NCBI RefSeq assembly: GCF_020745735.1
Contig: NC_083402.1
Span: forward strand, 7,502,001-7,566,000
Direction: 5' to 3'
DNA length: 64,000 nucleotides
Source of the DNA: Hemiscyllium ocellatum
Taxonomy: Eukaryota
Shown: one piece after another, positions 1 to 12,474 of the stretch
Layout: every line of letters starts with the position of its first letter
How positions within the stretch are numbered: the stretch's first letter is position 1
Translations under genes and position numbers: made by a program
Notes under the pieces: generated by a model
What the model saw: the letters and a program-made list of their open reading frames with translations, nothing else
The model's database searches: none
What the model was told of the DNA's origin: nothing

Positions 1-1925
1 AAGATGGTTCAGATGAAGCGATGGTGAGATTAGCTAGGAAGGATTCAAAGAGAATTAAGAAGAGCAAAGAGGGGACATGAGCAGTTTTTAGCAGGTAGAA
101 TAAAGGAAAACCCTAAATCTTTCTATAGATGTGTGAGGAATAAAAGGATGACTAGGGTAGGAATAGGACCAGTCAAAGACAGAAGTGGGAAGTTGAGTGT
201 GGACACTGTGAAGATCAGAGATGTGCTAAATGAACATTTCTCATCGGTTTTCACTCAGGAAAAGGAGAACATTGTAGAGGAGATGAATGAGATACAAGAT
301 CAATTCTAGACAAGTCCCCCTGGGCTGGATGGAATTCTCTGGGAAGTTATGGAGGAGATAGCAGAAGCTTTGGCTTTGATATTCAAGTCATCATTGTCAA
401 CAGGTTTAGTACCAGAGGACTGGAGGATTGCAAATGTTGTGCCCTTGTTCAAGGAGGGCAAGAGGGATGACCAGGTAATTATGGACCAGTGAGTCTCACT
501 TCTGTTGTAGGAAAGGTTTTGGAAAAGATTATAAAAGATAAGATTTATAATCATCTAGCTAGCAACAATTTGATTTCAGATCGTCAACATAGTTTTGTCA
601 AGGGCAGGTCGTGTCTCACATTGAGTGTTTTGAGAAGGTGACCAAGCATGCAGGTGAGGGTAGGGCAGTTGACGTGGTATACATGGACTTCAGTAAATCC
701 TTTGATAAGGGCTGTTGGAGAAAATGCAGAGGCATGGGATTGAGGGTGATTTAGCAGTTTGAATTAGAAACTAGCTTTCTGAAAGGAGGCAATGAGTGAT
801 GGTTGATGGAAAATATTTAGCCTGGCGTCCAGTTACTCGTAGTGTGCCCCAATGATCTGTTTTGGGACCACTGCTGTTTGTCATTTTTATAATTTGGAGA
901 TGCCGGTGTTGGACTGGGGTGTACAAAGTTAAAAATCACACAACACCAGGTTATAGTCCAACAGGTTTAATTGGAAGTCATTTTTATAAATGACTTGGAT
1001 GCAGGCATAGGTGGATGGGTGAGTAAGTTTACAGATGAAGTTGGTGGAGTGGTGAACAGTGTGGAAGAATGCTACAGGTTGCAGGGGGACTTGGATAAAC
1101 TGCAGAACTGGGCTGACAGGTGACAAATGGGGTTCAATGCAGCAAAATGTGAGGTGATTCACATAGGGAAGAATAACAAGAGGGCAGAGTACTGAGTCAA
1201 TGGAAAGATTCTTGGTAGTGTGGATGTGCAGAGGGATCTTGGAGTCCATGTACATAGATCCCTGAAAGTTGCCACCCAGATTGATTGTGCTGTTAAGAAG
1301 GCATTCCGTGTGTTAGGTTTCATTGGTAGAGGGATTGAGTTCTGGAGCTGCAATGTCATGTTGCAACTATACAAAATGCTAGTGCAGCTGCACTTGGAAT
1401 ATTGTGTACAGTTCTGGTCGCCCCATTACAGGAAGGATGTGGAAGCATTGGAAAAGAAGCAGAGGAAATTTACCAGGATGTTGCCTGGTCTGGAGGGAAG
1501 GTCTTATGAGGAAAGGCTGAGAGACTTCAGTCTGTTCTCATTGGAAAGAAGAAGGCTAAGAGGGGATTTGATAGAGACATACAAGATGATCAGAGGATGA
1601 GATAGAGTAGAAAGTGAGCGCCTTTTTCCTCAGATAATGACATCAGCTTGTACGAGGGGGCATAACTACAAATTGAGGGGTGATATATTTAAGACAGATT
1701 TTAGAGGCAGGTTCTTTACTCAGAGTGATAAGGGTGTGGAATGCCCGACCTGCTAATGTAGTTAACTCAGCCACATTAGGGAGATTCAAACAATCCTTGG
1801 ATAAGCACATGGATAATGATGTGATAGTGTAGGCAGATGGGCTTAGAATATTTTACAGGTCAGCACAACATTGAGGGCTGCAGGGCCTGTTCTGTGCTGT
1901 ACTGTTCGATGCTCTATGTTCTAAG
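1..1925 (+). mobile_element. Degenerate CR1 LINE ORF2 (RT through 3' end)
   Basis: ORF 1220-1600 (LEYCVQFWSPHYRKDVEALEK..LERRRLRGDLIETYKMIRG) is a CR1 RT C-terminus; CR1 3' tail near 1890-1925; many stops and frameshifts; short pLTR-family-2 fragment inserted at about 898-977. Confidence 0.9.
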
Positions 1926-2178
1926 ATTAAGGGAGATATGTGTGGAAGGTTGTTTACGCAGATTGGTGGTGAGTGCCTGGAACGGGTTGCCAGTGGAGGT
2001 GGTAGAGGTGGGCACGATACATTTAAGATGTATCCAGACAGAGACATGAATGGGCGAGAGCAGAGGGGTACAGATCCTTAGAAAATAGGTGACAGGTTTA
2101 GACAAAGGATCTGGAGCAGTACAGGCTTGGAGGGCTGAAGGGCCTGTTCCTGTGCTGTAATTTTCTTTGTTCTTTGTT
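1926..2178 (+). mobile_element. CR1 3'-end fragment
   Basis: Second CR1-type 3' UTR ending gggcctgttcctgtgctgtaattttctttgttctttg. Confidence 0.75.
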
Positions 2179-2179
2179 C

Positions 2180-2345
2180 CACATCTGGGAAACACCCAAC
2201 AAATATGTGGTTGAAGATGTGGCTCCAGGATTCACACAAGGACCCACAGAACCCATGAAAAGGGACACAAATTTCCTCAGTAGATGATAACACTCATGAG
2301 TGAGTTATCACCGATGATAATGACAATGACCTTGAATTAACCTGC
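2180..2345 (+). mobile_element. RTE-clade LINE 3' fragment
   Basis: Degenerate C-terminal motif ICGxRCGSRI..HTRTH; alignable to 50980-51200 and 56170-56260. Confidence 0.6.
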
Positions 2346-2601
2346 GTTAGTTTTCCAGACCATATTCCAACAGCAAATGCTTCCCTTTTCTTCTCTCATC
2401 TTTCGTCAAACAACCTATTTTTCAAACTTTAATTCTCAACTTTAAAATCACAGTTCCAAACCAAAAGTGAGGAAACCAAAAGAAAAGTCGTGATGCTCTC
2501 ACTGGGTCACACTGAATGGGAAGAGAGTTAGTCCAAAGTGGTCAGGCTGTACAGTGAGGGTGGTACTCTGTCACTGCAGGTCTGTCCACTGTGTTGATGC
2601 T

Positions 2602-2728
2602 TCACACACTCGATGTTACAGTGTCTGAAATGGATGGTGATTGGTCAGTTCGAGTACAGCCAGTACCTGAGGTCAACGGCTGCTGGGCCTGATGAGGCTC
2701 AGGAATGCTGGATGACCCTGGATCATTC
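2602..2728 (-). CDS. Siglec-like receptor, predicted terminal cytoplasmic exon (unit 2)
   Basis: Acceptor tatttcag|G, phase 2; reads NDPGSSSIPEPHQAQQPLTSGTGCTRTDQSPSISDTVTSSV*; paralog 53866-53992 has the same length and stop position; an internal donor CAG|gtactg is an alternative. Confidence 0.55.
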
Positions 2729-2827
2729 CTGAAATACATACAAGGAACATTAATATTCAGAGGAAGCTAATGGCATAATCCCCAGGTCACAGTAACAAGA
2801 ATCCTATCTTTTTGCTTATCCCCTCAC

Positions 2828-3065
2828 AGGTCATGGGTCGGGCTGGCTGCTCCTAGCTGTCCATGAGAAGGTGGTGGGGAACTGTTGCTGGATCAAAATC
2901 CTGGAAATCCCTCCCTAAGGGCTCTGTGGCTCTTACCTCCAGAACACCGACTGGAGCAGTTCATGAAGGCAGCTCACCCCCACCTTCTCAAGGGCAACTG
3001 TGGACAGGTAGTCAATGCTGGCCCAATCAGAGATGCTCACGACCGGCAAATGAATAAACAAAATG
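2828..3065 (+). mobile_element. tRNA/Deu-type shark SINE fragment
   Basis: Matches the recurrent SINE body (gagaaggtggtg..caagggcaact..atgctggccca..atgaataaa); same position in paralogous block 54085-54290. Confidence 0.6.
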
Positions 3066-3752
3066 TTCAGATTTAGACACAACTCACCCATGTCACCCTT
3101 GAAGAATTCACCACCAGAAACAGTTCTGCCTTGGTACCAGAATGTACCAAAGCACCCAAGGGTCAGCTTTGAGCAACTGGTTACAAGGCAGGGAGGGAGG
3201 GTGTTGGAGATGTGGGGAAAATTCCTGCAAGGGCTTCCCATCTGCTGTAACTTTGGAGGATGCTACAGAACATGGAAATCTTGGAAAGTGGGGGATGATC
3301 AGGAAACCACGTTCCCACCCAGTGAAAATTCAGCTGCTCGGAGGGCAAGGGAGAAATAGTAGGATTCACAAAAAAGGTCCTTTTTATCCTCAGCACTCAC
3401 TGCAAGTGATAACATTCCAATCTTTCCCTCCATGAAACAGCCATGACAACTCAAAGTGACCACTGTGAGAAAAATGGGGAACACTTTCGTTTTATACAAG
3501 GATGAATTGTAGATTGATTTGCAGAATAGAGCTCTCAGATTAACCTGGAGCTGAAAACTTACAAACAGCCAGAAATTGACCAATTCTGTTCAGAATTTAT
3601 TTCTCTGTCATTTACCTCTCATTTTCCCAGTGAGTGTTTGAGCAACTTGTAAGCAGGAAAATAACACATTCGGAGATCATTAGCAGGAGGCTGCATTCTG
3701 TCTCTGAAAAGGAGATATTCAATACAACCCTGAACTAGAGCAAAAGTGAGAG

Positions 3753-3850
3753 CTTCCTGATGAAGAGCTTTTGCCCGAAACATCGATTCTCCTGCTCCTC
3801 GGAAGCTGCCTGACCTGCTGTGCTTTTCCAACACCACACTCTCGACTCAG
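3753..3850 (+). repeat. Penelope pLTR fragment with hammerhead motif (family 1)
   Basis: CTGATGA-A-GAGC-TTTT-GCCC-GAAACATC followed by gctgcctgacctgctgtgcttttcc. Confidence 0.8.
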
Positions 3851-3894
3851 AGAATTTCTACCGCTACTCTCGTGTCAGTCACTGACTACCTTAC

Positions 3895-3934
3895 CTTTTC
3901 AAAGGTGTCGTTCTCTTGATTTGCTGTGAACACC
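3895..3934 (-). CDS. Siglec-like receptor, cytoplasmic exon 1 (unit 2)
   Basis: tttttttctcttcag|40 nt|gtaagg; phase 1 to 2; GCSQQIKRTTPLKR; paralog at 55075-55115. Confidence 0.7.
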
Positions 3935-3999
3935 CTGAAGAGAAAAAAAAGTTTCATAAATATTTTGTAAAATTATGAACAAATTTGTCACATTGTCTC

Positions 4000-4535
4000 C
4001 ACAATTGGAAATGTTTTCCCCCCATACACTTTCATCCCTTTATCCTCAAGAACTCTAACGCCTTCTTAAAAACATTCTTTGCTTTGGCCTCAACTGCTTT
4101 CTGTGACAGAGAACTCCACAGGATCACAGTAACTCCAAAGGGACTACTCTCCATGTCAATCCTGAATGGTCTACCCCATATCCTTTGACAGTGACCATTG
4201 GTTTTTGTCTCCCCGGTCACTGGAAACATCTTTCCTACATTTACCTCGTCGAGTTTTACTGAAATTTCACACATTTCCCTGAGATCCCCCTCATTTTTCC
4301 AAACTCCAGTGAATACCACCCGAACCGATCCAATCTCTCTTCATACATCAGCCCTGAAATCCCAGGAGTCTGTCTGAGAAACCTTCATTGCACTCTGTCC
4401 AATGCCAGAACATCCTTCCTCCCATAAGGGGACCAGAACCTCACCCAGTCCTCCAGGTGTGGTTTCTCCAAGACCTTGTACAATTACAGCAAGACATTCC
4501 TGCTCCTGTATCAAAACTTCTCTCTATGAAGCCAA
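4000..4535 (-). mobile_element. CR1 3' fragment
   Basis: ORF 4032-4319 (GDLREMCEI..MFPVTGETKTNGH..) resembles the CR1 ORF2 C-terminus. Confidence 0.75.
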
Positions 4536-5230
4536 AATGCAACTGACAAAGAAACGGAGGGAGAGGCCATGAAGATAAGGATCTGAATTTAAACGTCTCA
4601 AGGTCTTCAGCACTGACATAACTGAGCTCAGGATTCTGAGGCCTTCAATATTCCTCAGACATCCTGCCTGTTCAATTTGTTCAGCCAGAGCAAAGACAAG
4701 TAATGAGGGCAGTCCCAAAACAGATCAGTGCCTGAACATTGCACTCACTGCACAGGCCAGAAGAGGAGTCCATGTTACCATTCCTCCCCAAATATAGCTC
4801 TGTTACTCAGACTATCTGAGCCACCGTGTCTATGCCTTTATCCAGCAAACTCTCAAAAGCCACTTGAACAATAAATCACATAAGAATAATGTGGTGAACT
4901 GCAACTTCCTTTCTGTTCTGTTTGAGAGTCTGTACAAAGTGGGAATGAATGCAAAAGATGTGGGTTGTTGTGATTCTGTCAAATGGGAGTGAATGAAAAG
5001 ATATTTTAGCGCATTGAGATTCAACAGTGATGGGAGGAGAATGGGGATTGATCCATCAGAGTTCAATGGAATGGGTTTAAATGGATCTCCTTGTGAAACA
5101 GCCTCAATGTTAAATCACTCACAACAAGGCTCCATCCCAGGCAACATCCTGGTGAATCTCCTGTGCACCCCTCCCTCTTGTTATGACAGAACCATACTGT
5201 TTTATCAAACCTCATTCTCCATGAACCCAC

Positions 5231-5332
5231 CTCCTTTGTTGCTGAAGTTGATGAAGATTATGAAGCAGATGGGCAGGATGAGAAGTGTTGGAATGACTGG
5301 CAGATATACAGTGGTGGGCTCAGTCCTGTTCA
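5231..5332 (-). CDS. Siglec-like receptor transmembrane exon (unit 2)
   Basis: ttcttgctgttttacag|102 nt|gtgggt; phase 1-1; NRTEPTTVYLPVIPTLLILPICFIIFINFSNKG; about 23-aa hydrophobic run. Confidence 0.8.
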
Positions 5333-5719
5333 CTGTAAAACAGCAAGAACAGCATTATTCAGGAATCCCTCCATGTTGCTGCAGTGAAACTTGTAGCAGG
5401 GTTACAGAGCAAGAGGTTAAATGTACAAACAGGATGTTCTGTAATGGGGCAAACCAGTTCAACACTCTCACCTGCTGTTTCCCACAGACCAGGAATGTGC
5501 TCCCCTCCAAATACTTACCCAATTATCGCCTGAAAGATCACTCTATTAAATCTATTTCCATTGGCCTTTCAGGCAGTGCATTGCAGTTCAGAACAACTCC
5601 TGAAGGAGGCAACTGCTTAATTCTGTGATACAGAATATAAGGTTAGATGGATACTTTAAAACATTCTGCAGGGTATTTCCTGGACCCAGTCTTGACTCAC
5701 CAACACAAGGGCACCCATT

Positions 5720-6005
5720 ACTGAGCACTGATCTACCATCCCACCCTGTCCTGTGTCCTACATGTAGGCCAGACCAAGTAAGGAAGGCAGATTTCATACT
5801 GTAAAGGACCTGACTGATTCAAATGAACTTTCCCAACTGTCAACAGTGGTCACATGTGACCATAAGGTTACTTTTTCATTTAAATTCCAAATGTTTAAAA
5901 TTTCATTTATCTTTCACCTTCCGCCGTGGTAGGATTTGAACTCATGGCCCCAGACATGAGTGTCTGGATTAGTTGCCCAGTGACAGCAGCAGTATACCAC
6001 TATCT
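5720..6005 (-). mobile_element. tRNA-derived shark SINE
   Basis: ggcagatttc..ggatttgaac..ctggatta pattern; paralogous copy at about 20440-20866 plus 21750-21780; another copy at 6540-6830. Confidence 0.6.
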
Positions 6006-6868
6006 CCTTTTATAACCCATGTGTGAATGCAGGGCTAGGATAGGTCCCATGTGGCTGTGATGCCTCACACAGTCAGACAGAAACTGGGGGAATGTACTTG
6101 CACTGATGGAACTATTCCCGATGAAGGTGTGAACACATTACTCTGCAGCACCTTCCTGCTCGAGGAGATGATCCCATTGTCAGTTTAACTTTGGATCGTT
6201 TGAAGATTGAACTGAATATTCTGAGTGTGTCAATGCCTTTCAATACTGACATCAGAATGTACCTAAAAGGATCAACACATCAAATTACATTAAATGTTTA
6301 AAAAGTCAAATTTCAAACACAAAAGCAAAATACTGCAGATGTTGGAAATTTGAAATAAAAATCAAAATGCTGTAAATACTCAGCAGGCCAGACCCCACCT
6401 ATGGAGAGAAACAGGGTTAATATTTTAGTTTCAATGACCAAATCATTAAAAATTCACAGAACCTGCTGCACTCTCACTGTACACCCTCTACAGACGGAAT
6501 ACTTCTTCATATTCATTAAATTACAGGATGAGAAGGACATTGGGTAGGGCAGCATTGATTACTCATCCCTATTAGTTAAGAATAAACCACATTGCTGTGT
6601 GTCTGGAGTCACAAGTAGGCCAGGCCAGGTTAGGATGACAGTTCCCTTCACGAAAGATCATTAGTGAACCAGATGGGTTTTTACAACAATAAACAGTGGT
6701 CACATAGTCAGCTTTTGACTCTTACTTTGAGAATTTTATTAATTTCAAATTCCACCATCTGCCATGGTAGGATTTGAATCCTACTCCCAGAACATTACCT
6801 GGGTGTTGGATTAACCATCCAACGATTATATGATCAATTGTTGTCTCCCATCCAGAATGATTTCTTAC

Positions 6869-7149
6869 CATAAACCCACACCCGTGTCTCTTTCTAGATC
6901 AGATACTGAGAATCAGTTTGAGGTGTTTCCCTCCTCTGGGTTCCCGATGAGCTCGTACCGATTTCCACCGTGTCCAGTTGTCCAAGTTCCTTGTGATTGG
7001 GCTGTAAATGTAATGAAGTGTTGGGAGGCCTCCTTCCTCATCCAGGTAACAGTGGTCAGGGGCGTGGGAGTCCCAGCTCCTGAAGATACAGGATAAAGTA
7101 ACTGAATCTTCCTCTGTCCCACTCACTACTGAGACATTTCCTTGAGCAG
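6869..7149 (-). pseudogene. Dead Ig V-set exon V-B' (unit 2)
   Basis: Paralog of 22316-22663 with intact AG/GT but a +1 insertion near SCIF and a 68-nt deletion removing the E-F strands including the YLC cysteine; 281 nt. Confidence 0.9.
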
Positions 7150-7164
7150 CTGAGGAAGGACGAA

Positions 7165-8715
7165 CATCAAAATGGTAAAAATTCTGGGAAGCATCAAGAG
7201 AGATAAGTGTCCAGGGCCGGATCAGATATATCCAAGGTTACTATGGGAAGCGAGGAATGAGATTGCTGCTCCTCTGGTGATGATCTCTGAATCCTCACTC
7301 TCCATGGGAGTAGTAATGGATGATTGGAGGGAGGCGAGTGTTATTCCTCTGTTCGAGAAAAGGAATAGAAAAATCTCTGGGAATTACAAACCTGTCAGTC
7401 TGATGTCTGTGGTAAGCAACTTCCTGGAAAGGATTTATGACTATTTGGAAGAACATAGTTTGATTAAAGATTGTCAGCGTGGCTTTGTGAGGGTCAGGTG
7501 ATGCCTCACAAGCCTGATTGGGTTGTTTGAGGATGTGATGAGATAAATTGTGGAAGGTTGAGCATTGGGTATGGTTTTTATGGATTTCAATAAGGCATTT
7601 GATAGTCAATTAATTCAGACAGTTAGTAGGTATGAGACACAGGGAAATGTGGCTGTCTGGATACAAAATTGGCTTGCTGAATGAAGACAGCAAGTGATAG
7701 TGAATGGAAAGTATTCCACCGAGAAGTCAGTGACCAGTGATGTTCCACAGGGATCTGTTCTTGGGCCTCTGCTCTTTGTAGTTATTATAAATGACATGAA
7801 TGAAGACCTGTCAGGGTTGGTTAGTAAGTTTGCCGATGCCGGTGGTGTTGTAGTGAGTGTAGAGTCCTGTTGGAGGCTACAACAAGCCATTGGCAGATGC
7901 AGATCTGGGCTGAGAAATGGCAGATGGAGTTCAACCTGGATAAATGTGAAGTGGAGCATTTTGGAAGGTCGACTTTGAATGCTGAATACAAGGTTAAAGA
8001 CAGGATTCTTGACAGTGTGGAGAAACAGAGGATCTTGGGGTCCATGTACATCGATCCCTCAATGTTGTCACCCAAGTGGATAGCATTGTGAAGAAGGCGG
8101 ATGGTGTTTGGTTTTCATTAACAGGTGGAATTGAGTTTAAGAGCCGCGAGGTTTTGCTTCAGCTCTATAAAATCCTGGTTAGACCACACTTGGAATATTA
8201 TGTCCAGTTCTGGGTTGTCCCATTACTGGAAGGATGTAGATGCTTTAGAGAGGGTTCAGAGGATATTTGCCAGGATACTCACAGGATTGGACGACTTGTC
8301 TTATGAAGAGAGGTTGAGTGAGTGAGGGCTTTTTGCACTGGAGAGAAGCAGGAAGAGAGGTGACTTGATAGAGGTATACAAGGTAATGAGAGGCATAGAC
8401 AGAGTAGATAGCCAGAGACTCTTCCTAAGGCAGAAATGACTGTCACAAGGAGTCATCATTTTAAGGTGATTGGAGGAAGGTATTGGGGAGATGTCAGAGG
8501 TAGTTTATTTATGCAGAGACTGGTGGATATGTGGAAGGCAGTGGTAGTAAAGTCAGAAACATTAGGGATATTCAAACGACTGTTGGACAAACACAAGAAT
8601 GGCAGAAGATTGAGGGTGTGGAGGATATTTTGATCTAAGGTTAAGATAAATGGTCAGCACAACATCGTGGGCTGTAGGGTCTATACTGTGCTGTACTGTT
8701 CTGTGTTCTATGTAA
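7165..8715 (+). mobile_element. CR1 LINE ORF2 fragment
   Basis: PGPDQIYPRLLWE, NYKPVSL, VPQGSVLGPLLF, KFAD motifs across broken ORFs; CR1 tail near 8700. Confidence 0.9.
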
Positions 8716-8938
8716 CATACAAGGCTATGGACCAAATGCTGGAAGGTTGGACAGGTGCAGACTGACAGTGATGTTTTTGTTGGTGTAGACTGTATGGCTC
8801 AAGGGCCTCTTCCATCCTGTCTAATTCTATAATTGTATGGATCAGCCTTCCTTATGGTTCCTTCCATAAGGAACAAAAACGGAAATAAGATGTTGTGGGA
8901 GTAAACCATGGGTCCCATAGCAGTAGCTAAATGGTGGG

Positions 8939-9530
8939 TGTCATGGACCAGGCCACACCCCCTCAAAACACTTCAGGAAATTCGCCCAGACCCTAACTTA
9001 TTGAGTTGTTTTATGCAAATGTCGATTGGATAATCCAGGAGAGATGCATATGGCCCAACCACTCACTTTTAAACAAAACAGTATTTATTCACACATGAAC
9101 AAAAGAAAAACACATTTGAATCCCAGAACTATTTAAAAACCCAATCGCCTCGATTGCAACTTAATGATGCTGTTCCAAATGCTTGGAACGTCCCCATAAA
9201 CACTCTCTTGGCAAAAAAGCTACAGTCAAACCCTGGTTCACACAGGAGAGATGTCAGAGAGAGAGAGGATCAACATGGAGCTGTTTCTTTGACCAGCAAC
9301 CTCCAAAAACTGACTGCTTGCTGAACCAAACCAAACCAGAAAAAGTTAAGCTGGGTTAACTGGCCACTTCCCTTTCATTGCATAATTCTTTTCTGTTTTA
9401 ATTTGAAAGCCTATTTCCTGAGGCAGTATCTGTTATCTATAATCAAATAGGCCCTAAAACTTCTCTGTTTACAACCCCTCTCAATAAACCAAGAACAGAA
9501 TATCCTTGTCAAAGGAGCAGTATTGTCACA
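8939..9530 (-). mobile_element. Solo LTR (Gypsy-like), 592 bp
   Basis: TGT..ACA termini, 5-bp direct repeat GTGGG at 8934-8938 and 9531-9535, AATAAA on minus at 9084-9089; related pieces at 41620-41750 and 41960-42182. Confidence 0.8.
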
Positions 9531-9974
9531 GTGGGGAAGGGAATAAATCAGCAGATAGTAAAGGCATGTAACAGAGGCAGTTCATTAATCATGGGTGACT
9601 TGAATCTTCGTGCACATTGGGATAGTCAGATTAGCAGAGGGAGCCATGAGGAAGAATTCAGAGACATATTGAAGGCAGTCTCTGAGAACAATGTGATGTG
9701 GATCCAACCAGGGATCAGGCTAGTTTGGGTTTGGTGATGTGTCATGATTCAGGCTTAATAACTGATGACAGAGTGAAAGATACCCTGGAATCTGTCACCA
9801 TAACACGATAGCATTGAATATTCAGTTTGAGGGGGAGGAGCTTGGGTTGGCAGCTACTGTGCTTAGCTTACCAAAGGGAATGAGAGCAGAACTGGCTGGA
9901 GTGAGCTGCAGAAACAGTTTAGCAGCAAAAACAGATGAGGAACAATAGCAGACTTGTAACAAGATAGATTATGG

Positions 9975-10328
9975 CTCCACAGCTCCAAACCAAAGGGGTT
10001 GCCATGGACACCCGCATGGGCCCCAGCTATGCCTGTCTCTTCGTAGGATATGTGGAACAGTCCATCTTCCGCAACTACACTGGCACCACCCACCACCTTT
10101 TCCTCCACAACATCGATGACCGTATCGGCGCTGCCTCATGCTCCCACGAGGAGGTTGAACAGTTCATCCACTTTACCAACACCTTCCACCCTGACCTCAA
10201 ATTCACCTGGACCGTCTCAGACTCCTCCCTCCCCTTCCTAGACCTCTCCATTTCTATCTCGGGCGACCGAATCAACACGGACATCTACTATAAACCGACT
10301 GACTCCCACAGCTACCTAGATTACACCT
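9975..10328 (+). mobile_element. Penelope-like RT fragment
   Basis: QTKGVAMDTRMGPSYACLF..NIDD..FLDLSISISG..YYKPTDSHSYLDY motifs. Confidence 0.9.
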
Positions 10329-11623
10329 CAGTTCTGTTGGTTACACAAACTGATAGAAAACAGAGAGTTGGGATAAGGTGGGAGTGATATCCAGCCAGCA
10401 AACTGTAATTAGTGGTGTATCACAGGATCTGAGATGGGGCCACATTTATTATAATATACATTAATGATTTGGATGAGGTCAGTGTAGCTGTAGAGAGATG
10501 TTGACAGGTTAAATAAGTGAGAAAAACTTAGCAATTGGAATATAATGTGGAAAATGTAAGGTCATACATTTGGCACAAAGAATAGAGAGGCTGAATATTC
10601 GTGAAACAGAGAAAGCCTGCAGAAAGTTCCAGAACAGAAGAACATGCAAATTTCACAAAAACATTCAGCAGAGAGTAGGGAAGGTCAATGAAATGCTCAC
10701 CTTTATTTCAAATGGAATCGAATTTTAAAGTGGGGAGGTTTTACCAGACACTAGTTAGTTCACAGCTGGAATATTGTGGATAGGTTTGGTCCCTTATCAA
10801 AGGAAAGTGAAACTGGCATTGGAGGCAGGCCAGAGAAGATTCAATTGGTTGATGCCAGGTCGGGAGGGGCTGTCTTATGGGCAGCGTTTGACAAGATTGA
10901 GCCTGTGCTTGATGGATTACAGAAGAATGACAAGTGACCAAATTGAGACATTAAAGATGCTTCGAGTGCTTGATAAGGTGGATGCAGCGTGGTTGTCCCC
11001 CTTTGTCAGGAACAGAGGGCATCAGCTCAGAATGAGGGGTTACACATTTCAGATGAGAGGAATGTTTTCTCTAAGAGGGTAGTGAATCTCTGGACTACTT
11101 TACCACAGAGAGCAGTTAATGTTGGGTCATTGAGAATAGTCAAGGCTGAGACAGACAAATTTTTAATCATTCACGGAATCAGGGATTGTGAAGATAAAGC
11201 AAGAATGGGGAATTGACGTTTATCATCTCAGTCATGATTTCACTGAATGTGGAACAGACTCAATGGGCTGAATGGCCTTCCTCTGTTCCTATATCTTATG
11301 GGCTACCTGCCTCAGTTCTCAACACCTCCATTTCTGAAACCTGTAAATCCCATTTCCTTTTCCAACCACATTCTTAACATGTCCTGACATCTTCAAAAAC
11401 AAATTAGGGAGTTGATGGGATACCATGGGGAGTTTCAGACACGGTGATGGAATGGTCCATAAATCCCAGCCTCATCTCTCTCTCTCTCCTTCTCACTGCC
11501 TCCTGCCTGAGACCAACTGAAAGAGCCCAAGAGAAGGAGCCAACCCGAGAGCTCCCGGTCCAGGTGGAGTCTGTTCCCATTGAGCTATCGGGGCAGTGAC
11601 ACCATCCTAACATTGTTCCTTAC

Positions 11624-12003
11624 CTTCAACTTCCAGCGTTGTTGGAGACTTTGTTTGAAAATTCTCAATATTGAGCTCTACACAATAGGGACCAGCATCC
11701 TCCTGGCTCAGTCCCTTCATCATTATTGAGACATTGTGGTTGGTGAGACCCCCCACGAATCTGAATCGATTCCCACCCTCGTGCTGTATCACATTCTCAC
11801 ACAGCTCACCCTGGGAATGGTCTGGACCAGGATATGTACACTTAAAGAAAAAACCCATGTTTCCGCCTTGTACCATAAGATGGAGCCGGTGAGTGTGAGG
11901 TGAGTGTCAGGGTGGGTGAAGCTGCAGGGTAAGACAGCGGAGCCTCCTTCCTCAGCCCTCACTCCATCCGCGACTGTCATTGACCAACCATTAACAGAAA
12001 CCA
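11624..12003 (-). pseudogene. Disrupted Siglec-15-like V-set exon V-A' (unit 2)
   Basis: Paralog of 30010-30396; cacag|..|gtaagg intact; 1-nt deletion in a T-run near 11850 and YRCRVEL reduced to YCVEL; 380 nt. Confidence 0.85.
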
Positions 12004-12474
12004 CTGTGAGGGAAGAGGGAGAGAGAGAGAGGGAGATAGTGTCTGAACACAGACATCAGTGTGTGGAAGTGAAACTTGGAGACTCTATTCTGAGTATGGT
12101 ATTTAGTGAGAACAGGTTAAACAGCTATAATGAGAGGGAGTGAACAAATAGTAATGTAAATTCATGAGCAATCCAATACACTGGGGACAGAGTTTCTGTT
12201 CCCACCATGGCAGCTGCTGGAAATTCAAATCAGTTATTACATCAGGAATTAAACACCAATCTAATGGGAACCATGAAACCATGATCAATTGTTGGAAAAA
12301 ATCCATCTGGTTCACTGATGTTCTTTAGAAAAGGGAAATACCGTCCTTACCCAGTCTGACCTGCATGTGACTCCAGTCCCACAGCAACAGATTCAACTCT
12401 AAAACTCCCACATCAATGGCAAAGGGAGACCCTGAGTTGGACAAAACCAGTATAAAGTGTGAAAGGGAAGTTAC

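Larger units (their letters stand above)
8880..11305 (+). mobile_element. CR1 LINE interrupted by a solo LTR and a Penelope fragment
   Basis: Endonuclease (LIMGDLN) at 9531-9737; RT C-terminus at 10774-11082; 3' tail near 11290. Confidence 0.75.

Noticed and set aside
5519-5529. 11-nt micro-exon candidate (tttcag|GCGATAATTGG|gtaagt)
   Set aside because: Good splice sites, but it shifts phase 1 to 0 and would put TGA first in the TM exon
4993-5628. 211-aa plus-strand ORF
   Set aside because: No recognisable domain; it overlaps the antisense of the TM exon, so it is likely a chance ORF
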